IMG/VR virus record: IMGVR_UViG_3300009104_001126 | Coordinates: 1 to 55,930 of that record | Source: a virus | Taxonomy: Duplodnaviria; Caudoviricetes | Length of the DNA: 55,930 nt | Direction: 5' to 3' (one strand) | Shown here: one piece after another, positions 27,971 to 37,540 of the stretch | How the letters are laid out: every line of letters starts with the position of its first letter | Position numbering within the stretch: the first letter of the stretch is position 1 | Translations under genes and position numbers: made by a program | The notes under the pieces: model-generated | What the model saw: only the letters and a program-made list of their open reading frames with translations | The model's database searches: none | Told to the model about the DNA's origin: nothing

Positions 27971-28575
27971 AATCCTTTTTACAATATCTAGAAGAGGCGG
28001 CCAATAAAGGGTTGACAATTTTTGATATTGATGATACTCTTTTTCATACACAAGCAAAAGTGTATGTAAAGAAAGACGGTAAAGTTGTACAAACATTAAA
28101 CAACCAAGAGTTTAATACATATAAACTCAAGGATGGTGAAGAGTTTGATTTTGGAGAGTTTAGATCAGCAAAGCTATTCCAACAAACATCAACACCTATT
28201 GGAAAAATGATTAAAAGGGCCAAGGCTATAATTAAAAAAGCTATTCCGAGAGGCTCTAAGGTTATCATGGCTACTGCGAGAGCAGATTTTGACGATAGAG
28301 ATACGTTTTTAGATACTTTCAAATCACATGGAATTGATGTTGATAAAATTTATATTGAAAGAGCAGGAAATTTAGATTTAGGATCTTCTGCAAAAAACAA
28401 GAGATATATATTCCATAAGTATTTAAGATCGGGACTTTATAAAAGAATTAGATTATTTGATGATTCTAAAGAAAATTTAAACACCTTTATGTCACTCGCA
28501 AAAAAATATCCAGATGTTGATTTCGAGGCATATTTGGTAAAAAATAACGGAAACGTTTCGGGTTTTAAAATATAA
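27967..28575 (+). CDS. HAD-family phosphatase
   Basis: IFDIDDTL, TAR, K, LFDD motifs. Confidence 0.8.
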   Translation: MKSFLQYLEEAANKGLTIFDIDDTLFHTQAKVYVKKDGKVVQTLNNQEFNTYKLKDGEEFDFGEFRSAKLFQQTSTPIGKMIKRAKAIIKKAIPRGSKVIMATARADFDDRDTFLDTFKSHGIDVDKIYIERAGNLDLGSSAKNKRYIFHKYLRSGLYKRIRLFDDSKENLNTFMSLAKKYPDVDFEAYLVKNNGNVSGFKI

Positions 28576-28587
28576 AGGAAAATAACA

Positions 28588-28830
28588 ATGGCATCAATGT
28601 GGGAAAAGTTTAAAGCATGGGTTTCGGGGTGGCCTATAAGTGATTCAGCAGGTGATATGGATGAACCTGAATTGATTGAATGGGCGGAAGAAGAATCTAA
28701 TGATCCCCCTAAGTTAGAATCCATGACCAAAAAAGAATTAGAAGCCTATGGTAGGACTATTGGTATAGAACTAGATAGGCGAAAATCCAAAGCAAAGTTA
28801 ATTGCAGAACTAGGAGAACATAGTGGCTGA
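28588..28830 (+). CDS. Small protein with Rho-N/HeH-like C-terminal domain
   Basis: LESMTKKELEAYGRTIGIELDRRKSKAKLIAEL. Confidence 0.65.
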   Translation: MASMWEKFKAWVSGWPISDSAGDMDEPELIEWAEEESNDPPKLESMTKKELEAYGRTIGIELDRRKSKAKLIAELGEHSG

Positions 28831-29053
28831 TAAAAAAAATGAATATTTCGGTGGTGGCCCCTTTTCAAGAGATTATGATGATTTAGCACAATCTGTAAAA
28901 AGAATTGCAGATAAAAAAGCTAAAGGATTCATGGCCGGATGGACTCAAGAACAAGTTACTGATGTATCGGAACAAATGGCAAATAAATCTGTTCAGGATA
29001 CTTATATGGAAAAAATTATTAATCCAGCTCGAGAGCTTGAAGAGGATAAATGA
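28823..29053 (+). CDS. Hypothetical protein
   Basis: AGGAG RBS, GTG start. Confidence 0.65.
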   Translation: MADKKNEYFGGGPFSRDYDDLAQSVKRIADKKAKGFMAGWTQEQVTDVSEQMANKSVQDTYMEKIINPARELEEDK

Positions 29054-30459
29054 CATCATTTTCTGAATTACGTGAAGGAAATATAAAGACTGCTGTTTTT
29101 ACATTTGGGAGATTTAATCCCCCGACAATAGGACACGAAGTTTTAGTTGATAAAATTGAAACTGTGGCTAGCCGAAATCGAGCAGACGCCTTTGTTTTTG
29201 TAAGTTCATCACAAGATTCAAAAAAGAATCCATTAGATTATAGAGATAAAATCAAATGGATGAAAAAAATGTTTAAAGTAAGAGGCCAAAATATTTTCAA
29301 ATATTCTAAAGATAAACCTGAAAATATTATGAAGATCGCTTCATTATTACATGATAAAGGATATGAGCAAATTATTATGGTTGTTGGAAGTGATAGGATA
29401 AATGAATTTAAAAAGCTCTTAACTCAATATAATGGTGTCGAAGATAAGCCACATGGCTTTTATAATTTTAAAAATATAGATATAGAAAGTGCCGGAGAAC
29501 GCGATCCAGATGCAGATGATGCTACTGGTATGTCAGCATCTAAATTAAGATCTCTTGCTGTAGACGGTGATTTCGAGACATTTAAAACCGGATTACCTGA
29601 TGCTTTAAGTGAAAGAGATCAAAGAAGCCTATATCAATTGCTGAGGAAACAAATGAAACTTAGTGTGATGGAAAAGCAAAGGACAAATAAACTTACGGAA
29701 ATTGGAAAATTGCCTCCATATAAGAAGAAAACAATAAAAAGCCCATCTAAGGATCAACAGAAAAAAAGTACTGATGATTTCATTAGTAATATGACGCCAG
29801 ATCATAAGCCAGCCAAATATGACGATGATGAGACGGCACTTAAAAAAGCTAAGGCTTCCATCGGATATGAACCAACTGTTAAAGAGTGTTTATATATGGA
29901 AAAAATTGAATTTGAAGGAGATTCTTACGATATAGATTCAAGAGCAGTGAAAATATTTGAATATATAAAAACATTACCTTATAATTCAACTGAAATTGCT
30001 TATATTAAGGGATGCCTAAAAGAATGCGAAGGATTTTTTAACGAATATACATTAATAACTAAAAAAGTTAGACTTTGGGAAATTTCAAAATTAAGAGGTT
30101 TTATTAAAAAGACAAATGATTATATTATGGTATTGGATGAAAACTCCGGAATGATTGATTTTGATAAAACAGATTTTACATATTTACATGAAATGGTTGA
30201 CGATCTTCCTAAAGATGAAAGTAATTTACAAGATCCTGTTAGTAATAAATTACAAAATCTTCTTGGATTAAAAGAATGGAGCAAAGATCGCGCTGGAGAA
30301 GGCCGTCAGTTAGAATTCGGAACCGATAAATATAGACAGTATACTGTAGATTTAACTCCTGAAGAAGAGTTTAACCAAGAACAGGATAAAAAAAGATTTC
30401 AACAATCAGAAAGATATAATAAGATTCTTTCGAAAATACTTGCAAGTAGGAGCAAATAA
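29050..30459 (+). CDS. Phage cytidyltransferase-like (HxGH nucleotidyltransferase) with C-terminal extension
   Basis: FTFGRFNPPTIGH, KNPL, VVGSDR, SAGERDPD, MSASKLR. Confidence 0.85.
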   Translation: MTSFSELREGNIKTAVFTFGRFNPPTIGHEVLVDKIETVASRNRADAFVFVSSSQDSKKNPLDYRDKIKWMKKMFKVRGQNIFKYSKDKPENIMKIASLLHDKGYEQIIMVVGSDRINEFKKLLTQYNGVEDKPHGFYNFKNIDIESAGERDPDADDATGMSASKLRSLAVDGDFETFKTGLPDALSERDQRSLYQLLRKQMKLSVMEKQRTNKLTEIGKLPPYKKKTIKSPSKDQQKKSTDDFISNMTPDHKPAKYDDDETALKKAKASIGYEPTVKECLYMEKIEFEGDSYDIDSRAVKIFEYIKTLPYNSTEIAYIKGCLKECEGFFNEYTLITKKVRLWEISKLRGFIKKTNDYIMVLDENSGMIDFDKTDFTYLHEMVDDLPKDESNLQDPVSNKLQNLLGLKEWSKDRAGEGRQLEFGTDKYRQYTVDLTPEEEFNQEQDKKRFQQSERYNKILSKILASRSK

Positions 30460-32534
30460 TGGACTGGTCAAAATATTATCCCGCAAATTACACTGCGATT
30501 ACCGCCGACGATGTTAAGATGATTCAAGAATTGAAACGGGCCCAGGCTGAAGATAACACCAATGATAAGTCAGATGATGGTGAAGGATTGGATAAAGTCC
30601 AGCCAAAGGCTCTGAAAAAGAAATTTGATAAACGTAAAGATACAGATATCGACAATGACGGAGATACTGACGATTCTGATGAGTTTATTCATACTAAAAG
30701 AAAAGCCATTAGTAAGGCCATTGATGATGAAGAAGAGGAAGAGGAAGAGGAAGAAGAGTCTAAAAAAGAAGCCGTAGTCAAAGAAAAGAAAAAGAAAAAA
30801 GAAGACAAATGGCAAGAGACTGATTTTTCAAAAAGCCAAGATACAGTAACGAATATGGAAATGGCTAAAAACATAATTCACAAATATCATAAAATAGATG
30901 AACATTGTGGATGGTGTGAGCAAGGAATAACAAGTGAAAAAGAAGCCTTACAAGAATTATCTACATCAAAAGATATAGCCAAGCAAATTAAAGAATTAGC
31001 TAAAGCCGTTCGAGGAAAAGATAGAATTTCCTTAGAAGGCGCTTCAAAATTTGTAGAGAAAAAACAATATGAAAAATTAGCTGCTTATCTAGATAGCATG
31101 GCTGAAGAAGCCCGCCAAAGTGTTTTGATGGTTCTAATGAATGATCAAAAAATTGCTAATATGGTAATGAAGAAAATGAAAACAGAAGAATATGATACTT
31201 GTGAAATCCCTTCTCATAAGTTTATTCTTAGTGAAATGCATAAAAAATATCAAGGTCTAACATGGGGAGAAATTGGTGAAAGGTTAATTAAAAATACAGA
31301 GCGCAGATTAGTTTCTCTTGCTTATGCTACTAAATTAGGAACAATTGATGCCCCTTCACCTGAAGTTCAAAAATTAGCCGATGAGTGTGAATTAGAAGAT
31401 TTGGAAAATGCTTCGAAACAATTCATTGAAGATGATTCTGATTTAAAAGAAGATGCTGCCAGTGTAGCTTCAGGAATTGGTGGTGCTATAAAATCGGCTG
31501 CAGGTTATTTAACGAAACAAGGTAGGACACAAAAAGCCCTTGATAGAACTAAGGCAAAAGCGGATAAGATACAAAAGCATAAGGATAACTTAGGAGCTCT
31601 TAGTAAAGAAAAAACACGATTAAAAAAATTACAACAAACAAAAAATACACCTTCAAGGCCCAGAACCGCAAAACCGGATGCGCCGGCAACAGCTAAACCA
31701 GCTAAGCCGCCAAAATCTGGTGCACCAAAACCTAAGACAACGAAACCCGCAGCTGGAGGCGCTTCTTCGGGAAGTCAATATGCGGCAGGAGGTTCAGGAT
31801 CGCCAAAACCTAAGACAACAACGCCAGCAAAGACAAAGCCAACTAAAAAGTTACCTGATATGGATAAACACGGAACTCCGACTACGAAAAAAGGATCTGC
31901 GCTTGGTGCGATTGGTCAAGCAGTGCTCGGAGCAAGTTATGATCCACCGGGTACTCCTTTAATAGAAGAAGTAGATATTGAAGTTCCAGAAACACTTGAT
32001 GCCAGACGTAAAATCTTTAGAGAAAAAATCAAAAAATTGGCCTATGAAAAAGCTAAAGAAATTTTAGGTAGAAGGAACTCAGTAGACGCAGTGAAAGAAA
32101 CTAAAGATGATGAAGAAGATTCTTCTAAAGTAAAAGAGACTGGTAAAGTCAATAATAAAGTAAAAATGAATCCAGAGGAGGATAGTGTGAAAGAAAGTAC
32201 GGGATTAGCTTTTGTTCGCAAATATAAAAACAAGGTAAATGAATTAAACAAAGAAGGTGAAACTTCATTGCAGGATCAAATTTTAGAATTGTTCCGAAGT
32301 TCTTTTGCTAGCACTGATGGGCAACCAGCCGGAGCTGAATTTGCAGTTGATGATGAACCAGCTTCTGCTTCAAGTATTGCAAGAATGTTAAGATGTAGTC
32401 CAACAGAAGTACAAAAACTTTTAGATGATATGGTCGAAGCGGGTCAAATCACAAGAGTTGGAGATGCTTATTCATATGCTTCTCCAAGAGCCGCAGAACC
32501 AATGGGAGTGCAGGTACACGGACCAGCCGCTTAA
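30459..32534 (+). CDS. Large charged protein, probable prohead-core/internal protein with C-terminal winged HTH
   Basis: DIDNDGDTDDSD, poly-E/K tracts, P/K/T/A-rich linker, LDARRKIFRE, SIARMLRCSPTEVQKLLDDMVEAGQI. Confidence 0.6.
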   Translation: MDWSKYYPANYTAITADDVKMIQELKRAQAEDNTNDKSDDGEGLDKVQPKALKKKFDKRKDTDIDNDGDTDDSDEFIHTKRKAISKAIDDEEEEEEEEEESKKEAVVKEKKKKKEDKWQETDFSKSQDTVTNMEMAKNIIHKYHKIDEHCGWCEQGITSEKEALQELSTSKDIAKQIKELAKAVRGKDRISLEGASKFVEKKQYEKLAAYLDSMAEEARQSVLMVLMNDQKIANMVMKKMKTEEYDTCEIPSHKFILSEMHKKYQGLTWGEIGERLIKNTERRLVSLAYATKLGTIDAPSPEVQKLADECELEDLENASKQFIEDDSDLKEDAASVASGIGGAIKSAAGYLTKQGRTQKALDRTKAKADKIQKHKDNLGALSKEKTRLKKLQQTKNTPSRPRTAKPDAPATAKPAKPPKSGAPKPKTTKPAAGGASSGSQYAAGGSGSPKPKTTTPAKTKPTKKLPDMDKHGTPTTKKGSALGAIGQAVLGASYDPPGTPLIEEVDIEVPETLDARRKIFREKIKKLAYEKAKEILGRRNSVDAVKETKDDEEDSSKVKETGKVNNKVKMNPEEDSVKESTGLAFVRKYKNKVNELNKEGETSLQDQILELFRSSFASTDGQPAGAEFAVDDEPASASSIARMLRCSPTEVQKLLDDMVEAGQITRVGDAYSYASPRAAEPMGVQVHGPAA

Positions 32535-32541
32535 ATTAAAC

Positions 32542-33285
32542 ATGTATGTAGTGATTGGAAACGGTGAAAGTCGTAAAGACTTTGACCTAAATTTATTATT
32601 AGAACATACGACTTATGGTTGTAATGCAATGTACAGAGATTGGACACCTTCTCATCTCATTTGCATTGACAATAAGATGTTACATGAAATAGTATCATCA
32701 CAATATCCGAAGTCGAATCATTGTTGGTTTAGAAATTTTGCATTACTGGAACCTCAGATGTATCCAGTTTTTAGATCAACAATAACACCTGGAATAGAAG
32801 TAGTAGAGAATAAAAATACAGGTTATAGATTCGCTTATTATGGGCAAGAAATAAGTAGAGTTTTTCATGATGATACCCATACGATGGATTTAGAACAAAA
32901 ACCATGTCATTGGTTTACATGGGTATCTGAAGATGATAAAATAGATGTAGTAGATGAATTAAAACATATACCTATGTTAGATTCAGGGCCACTTGCAACT
33001 TGGTTATGTTGTGAGAAAGAAAAACCCGACAAGGTATATTTAATGGGCTTTGATTTTAACATAAATAATGGAAAAGTAAACAACGTATATAAAGACACTG
33101 ATTGTTATGCTCCGAGTTATGCTTTACCTGTTCAGGCAAAAGGATGGATTCAGAATTTTGAAGTAATGTTTACAGATTATTTTCCTGAAGTTGAATTTAT
33201 ACATGTTCAGGAAGAACAGTGCTTTAATAAAGAAATTCCTAATATAGATACAATTTCTATAAGTGAATTTAAAAAATTGTTATAA
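32542..33285 (+). CDS. Hypothetical protein (MptE/DUF115/GT-like fold)
   Basis: VIGNGESR, YGCNAMYRD, DSG, YLMGFD; start refined from track 32425. Confidence 0.65.
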   Translation: MYVVIGNGESRKDFDLNLLLEHTTYGCNAMYRDWTPSHLICIDNKMLHEIVSSQYPKSNHCWFRNFALLEPQMYPVFRSTITPGIEVVENKNTGYRFAYYGQEISRVFHDDTHTMDLEQKPCHWFTWVSEDDKIDVVDELKHIPMLDSGPLATWLCCEKEKPDKVYLMGFDFNINNGKVNNVYKDTDCYAPSYALPVQAKGWIQNFEVMFTDYFPEVEFIHVQEEQCFNKEIPNIDTISISEFKKLL

Positions 33286-33288
33286 ATA
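33281..33288 (+). promoter_or_regulatory. T4-type late promoter
   Basis: TATAAATA upstream of the structural gene block. Confidence 0.8.
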
Positions 33289-33313
33289 TTTTATAAACTA
33301 ATAAGGAGAAGTA

Positions 33314-33889
33314 ATGCCTTTATGGGGAAAAGCCGCAGCTGGTACGCAGGCGCAAAAACCAAAATGGATAGGTACCACAGAAGGTGCTCAGTATAATAAA
33401 ATGGATGTCTATGCGACTAACGAAGGGTGGGCCATTAATACAAAAGCAAGTAAAAATGCTTCTGCGGCCCCCGAGATTTTAGTTGCAATGGGAAGTCTTG
33501 GAACTACACTTGCTGCACCAACTGTTACATCAATGAGATTTACAGCATCCGCAATTACAGGTGGATCGAGAACAATAGCTGTTCAGATTACTTGGGATGA
33601 AAGAGTTACAGTTGTCGGAACTCCACAAGTTGCTATTGCAAATGGTAACCAAGGATCCGGATCAGGTCGAGGACCACACACTGCTTCATATGCATCTGGT
33701 TCTGGAACAAACAGACTCACTTTTAGTGTAGCGAGCCAAACAGTTGCAACAGACGATGTTCTTACATTAGGTGGATCTAATGTGTCACTAAATAGTGGTA
33801 CAATTTCTGATACAACCGCCGGTGGAACTTCTGTTGCTGCATCATTAGTTCTTTCAGGATTAACTGCGGTAACATTAACAGTAACTTAA
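33314..33889 (+). CDS. Virion structural protein (Ig-like, T/S/G-rich)
   Basis: MPLWG start, YASGSGTNRLTF, late promoter upstream. Confidence 0.7.
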   Translation: MPLWGKAAAGTQAQKPKWIGTTEGAQYNKMDVYATNEGWAINTKASKNASAAPEILVAMGSLGTTLAAPTVTSMRFTASAITGGSRTIAVQITWDERVTVVGTPQVAIANGNQGSGSGRGPHTASYASGSGTNRLTFSVASQTVATDDVLTLGGSNVSLNSGTISDTTAGGTSVAASLVLSGLTAVTLTVT

Positions 33890-33904
33890 TAATTAAATAA
33901 TATT

Positions 33905-34147
33905 ATGGAATATGTGGAAAATATAAATGTGAGCGCGATTATTGAAAAACGCGCCGGACACGTAGCTGCGAAAGCTGAATTAGAAAGAAGGCTTTCGCAA
34001 CTACAACATGATCTTGAGTTAACAAGAAATAATATACATGCCTATAACGGTGCGATTAGTGCTTGTGATGATATCTTATCAACGGCTGAATCAACGGACG
34101 TTGACGTACCTGAACTGAAAGAACTTGAAACGGAATCGAAGAAATAA
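33905..34147 (+). CDS. Small coiled-coil protein
   Basis: Heptad pattern ending in NGAISACDDIL. Confidence 0.7.
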   Translation: MEYVENINVSAIIEKRAGHVAAKAELERRLSQLQHDLELTRNNIHAYNGAISACDDILSTAESTDVDVPELKELETESKK

Positions 34148-34990
34148 ATGGCAGATAAAACGATACCAGCTTTAGATACTCATGCTACACCTACCGCTGA
34201 AGATTTATTAATTATAGTAGATGATCCGATTGGTAATCCGGTCAATAAAAAGATTAGATTAGATAATTTACTATCAGCATTATCCACAGATACAACTACC
34301 AGAAGCGTTACTAATAAAGTACAATCACGAGCTGATACAAATGTTGCTAGAGATATAAATCTAAGAAACTCTCCGACTGTATTACAACCCGAAATATTAA
34401 AAGGTGAACAAGATGATCTAACGGTTGTTTTGGGAACCTTAGACTTAGCAGAAAATTCAGTATGGCATGTTGAAATTGACGGAACATCCGCGACTGCTAA
34501 CGATACTTTTAAATGGTGGAGAGATGGGGATACTTCCTCCGGTGCAGCAACTATTGATATCGACGGCACCGATCAAGCACTAGCAAATGGTATAAGTATT
34601 AGATTTGATTCAGTCACCGGACATAAGGCAACTGATCGATGGCAGATTGTCGGTTTAATAGAATCAAGAATTGACTTTCAGGGTAGCTTATTAATAGAAG
34701 ACAACATACCAGAGAATGGTTCTTTTACTAGCAAATTTTCTGAAACTGGAAATATGCAATTAGAATCTGGTATGGATATGGCTTTAGAAGATGGTGTTGA
34801 GAAAGATATGTATATTTCGGCCAATACTACGGTAATGAGATTTAGAGGCGCTATGCAAATAGGAAGCGCTACAGATACAGTGGGTTTTTATGGTACTGCC
34901 CCTGTATCACAAAATACTTCGTTTGTATCTGGTGCTAGTACAGCAGCACACATAATTACGGAGTTAACCCGCTTAGGATTAGTATCATAA
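34148..34990 (+). CDS. Probable virion fibre/structural protein
   Basis: MADKTIPAL...EDLLIIVDDPIGNPVNKKI N-terminal module shared with 35091. Confidence 0.65.
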   Translation: MADKTIPALDTHATPTAEDLLIIVDDPIGNPVNKKIRLDNLLSALSTDTTTRSVTNKVQSRADTNVARDINLRNSPTVLQPEILKGEQDDLTVVLGTLDLAENSVWHVEIDGTSATANDTFKWWRDGDTSSGAATIDIDGTDQALANGISIRFDSVTGHKATDRWQIVGLIESRIDFQGSLLIEDNIPENGSFTSKFSETGNMQLESGMDMALEDGVEKDMYISANTTVMRFRGAMQIGSATDTVGFYGTAPVSQNTSFVSGASTAAHIITELTRLGLVS

Positions 34991-34998
34991 ATATTTGG

Positions 34999-35080
34999 AT
35001 GTCTGAGAAGGACCCTTCGCGCAAGTGAGCGATTCTCAGCATAAATTAAACTGGTGGTGAGTCCCACCTACATAGCCAGC
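34999..35080 (+). other. Structured intergenic leader (two hairpins)
   Basis: CTGAGAA/TTCTCAG stem enclosing TCGC-GCAA-GTGA; CTGG/CCAG stem enclosing GGTG/CACC; follows CATAAATA at 34986-34993. Confidence 0.55.
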
Positions 35081-35090
35081 AAGGAGAAAA

Positions 35091-35810
35091 ATGGCAGATA
35101 AGAAAATAACCGCGTTAACGCCCGCGTCAGAAGCGGCGTCAGAAGATCTACTTCATATAATTGATGACCCGAGTGGATCCCCTGTGAACAAAAAGCTCAC
35201 AGTAAAAGATTTCTTAGCAAACGTTACACATACTATTACAGGTACTGCGGCTGCTACAGAAGAAATCGTTCATAAAACTACACACACCGCTAATATCACA
35301 CCTTCATCTACTGATGTTTTTGATAACATCACTACATCACAAATTATCGTTGATGCAAAAGGTGCAGGAGCAACACAAGCTAATGTTGGAACTTTAACGG
35401 CTTCATCCTCAAAAGTTTTAATTCATGATGCTAACGTTGCATTTACTGCGGAAACATCAGCCCTTAAAGGAACACTTGATTTAAACACATGGGATAGTGC
35501 CGATTCCGGTAATTCATATGTCATGGTTTTATCTCATGCTAATTCCGCGGCCGCACCAAGTGCTTCACCAACAGCATTCATTAAATTTGATGTTGCAAGT
35601 ACATTAACAGGAGCATCACAAAATGTTTCTTTTGCTTGGGACGCAACACCAGGTGGTGGATATGGAGCAGCTGCTGCTTCTAATGTTGGACCATTTTTTA
35701 CTACCGGAGCAAATACCGTTAGTACACATACAGGACCCGCGAATGGCGCTATAAAAGTTTGCGTTTCCGGTGTAACCAAGTACGTATTACTTTGGGATGA
35801 TATTGCGTAA
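35091..35810 (+). CDS. Probable virion fibre/structural protein
   Basis: MADKKITAL...[19 protein letters not shown]; T/A/S/G-rich. Confidence 0.7.
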   Translation: MADKKITALTPASEAASEDLLHIIDDPSGSPVNKKLTVKDFLANVTHTITGTAAATEEIVHKTTHTANITPSSTDVFDNITTSQIIVDAKGAGATQANVGTLTASSSKVLIHDANVAFTAETSALKGTLDLNTWDSADSGNSYVMVLSHANSAAAPSASPTAFIKFDVASTLTGASQNVSFAWDATPGGGYGAAAASNVGPFFTTGANTVSTHTGPANGAIKVCVSGVTKYVLLWDDIA

Positions 35811-35835
35811 TTAATTTTTAACTAATGGATATATT

Positions 35836-36090
35836 ATGAGTATTGTTGAAAAAGCGGAAATTGAAACGCAGTTAGAGTTCCTCCAAAAGGACAGAGAACA
35901 AGTCCAAACAAGATTAGATCAAGTGATCGAAGAGACGGAAACGTTAAAACGAACACTTGGTCATCTTGATGGAGCGATTCAAGTTTCAAATCATTATTTA
36001 AATATTGCGACCGGTAAGGAAGAACCACCGGAAGATAATGGAACTGAAGAAAAAGACAGTTCAAAAAGTGAGAAAAAAGATAAAAAGTGA
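35836..36090 (+). CDS. Small coiled-coil protein
   Basis: Heptads ending LDGAIQVSNHYL, similar to 33905. Confidence 0.7.
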   Translation: MSIVEKAEIETQLEFLQKDREQVQTRLDQVIEETETLKRTLGHLDGAIQVSNHYLNIATGKEEPPEDNGTEEKDSSKSEKKDKK

Positions 36091-36479
36091 ATTTTGATGA
36101 TATAAATGAAAATAACATAGAATTATATTGCATGAAATATTATGATAATCCTCAATGTATTGGTACTGAGGATTTCAGAGATGATATGAAAAGGTTTAAA
36201 TATTTAAAAAGACTTTTAAATCATTATCTGGTTACTCATGAATTAAAGCAAAGATTAATTCTTAACCACTTAATTATGATATATAATCTATTCGATAACG
36301 AAGCTGCTACTCGAATATTGTTTTATAAAATAGACGAAAATAGTTGGCAAGTATTAAAGCCTTTTTTAATATATTTAAAAAGAATGCCAAAAATTGTTCG
36401 TGGAATTAAAAGTAAAGACATTCGAGATAGCGATATAACTCTAGACCAACATGTAGTAAAGCAATTACGATGCCTATAG
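36087..36479 (+). CDS. Conserved T4-like hypothetical protein
   Basis: YDNPQC, RFKYLKRL, RLILNHLI. Confidence 0.75.
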   Translation: MNFDDINENNIELYCMKYYDNPQCIGTEDFRDDMKRFKYLKRLLNHYLVTHELKQRLILNHLIMIYNLFDNEAATRILFYKIDENSWQVLKPFLIYLKRMPKIVRGIKSKDIRDSDITLDQHVVKQLRCL

Positions 36480-37177
36480 GATTAAAAAACGCACTTATAC
36501 AAGGTTCAGAATTATATTTTCTATATTCCTTCCTAAAACGATTAGTTACCAAATTTGAAAAAACAGATGCTTATAAGTTAGGCATTATTGATAAGAATGG
36601 TAAAGTTCTTATTAAGAAAAGAGACTTTACTACTATAGAGCAAAAAAATGCCTACACTATGATGGATACCCTTATCTTCAATTTAAAGAAATTGTTAGGT
36701 AAGTTACCTTTCGGAAAAACAACACTCGCTTCTTACGCCGCGGCTTTACTGCTTCTTCGCGAAGAAAAAAATTTAAAATTGATGACAGATGAAAAAGAAT
36801 TAGAAAAAGAATTTCTAATTCTATATGAAGACATGCTTTATGAATTTGGAGAAGATAGAAGCCTATTAATAGAAGGAGATATTGAGTCTGATAAAAAAGC
36901 GGGTATTAAATGGGCAGATGATCCAGATTGGAAAAAACTTCACGATATGGATCTTCAAATGGTAAAAGATTTTATTAAGCATAAAGAAGATGTTAAAGAA
37001 GATGCACCCGCTATGTCCATGGGAGCTGGTGGAATAGCCGGAAGTGCAGAAGCAGGAGACGACCCACCTGTAAGAAAGAAAAAGAAAAAGGGAGAAATTT
37101 TAAGAAGACTTGAACCAATGGGAATTAAGGAACAACACAGAATATTCCCTTCTCATTCCTCAACTGACAACTTATAG
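36470..37177 (+). CDS. Conserved T4-like hypothetical protein
   Basis: DAYKLGIIDKNGKVL, LASYAAALLLLRE, KEDAPAM. Confidence 0.75.
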   Translation: MPIGLKNALIQGSELYFLYSFLKRLVTKFEKTDAYKLGIIDKNGKVLIKKRDFTTIEQKNAYTMMDTLIFNLKKLLGKLPFGKTTLASYAAALLLLREEKNLKLMTDEKELEKEFLILYEDMLYEFGEDRSLLIEGDIESDKKAGIKWADDPDWKKLHDMDLQMVKDFIKHKEDVKEDAPAMSMGAGGIAGSAEAGDDPPVRKKKKKGEILRRLEPMGIKEQHRIFPSHSSTDNL

Positions 37178-37187
37178 AAAGGTAATT

Positions 37188-37523
37188 ATGGCAGGAATAC
37201 AAGAAACAAAAGATGTATTAGCTTTTGTTTTTTCATTAGGTAAGGCGACTGCTTCCGCAATGGAAGATGGTGATATTGGATGGTCAGATGCAATGAAGTT
37301 CATTGATCCTTTGAAAAGGTTAGGACCGGCAATTGAAAATATTGAAGATGTTTTGGTTGAACTACAAGATTTAGACGATGAAGAATTTATGGAATTAGTA
37401 CAATTTGCTAAAGATGAATTTGGATTAGAAGATCTTGCAGACGATCTTGAAGTACAAGTTGAAGAGGCATTAAATGCTGGAGTTGAGGTAATGAAAATTA
37501 TAAGGATGTTTAGCAAACCTTAA
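37188..37523 (+). CDS. Acidic hypothetical protein
   Basis: AAGGT RBS before ATG 37188; track start 37110. Confidence 0.7.
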   Translation: MAGIQETKDVLAFVFSLGKATASAMEDGDIGWSDAMKFIDPLKRLGPAIENIEDVLVELQDLDDEEFMELVQFAKDEFGLEDLADDLEVQVEEALNAGVEVMKIIRMFSKP

Positions 37524-37540
37524 CAATATCCTCGGCGGAT

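Noticed and set aside
32260-32480. Z-alpha (Z-DNA binding) domain
   Set aside because: The winged-helix pattern is similar, but the key Asn/Tyr/Trp residues are absent (EVQKLLDDM)
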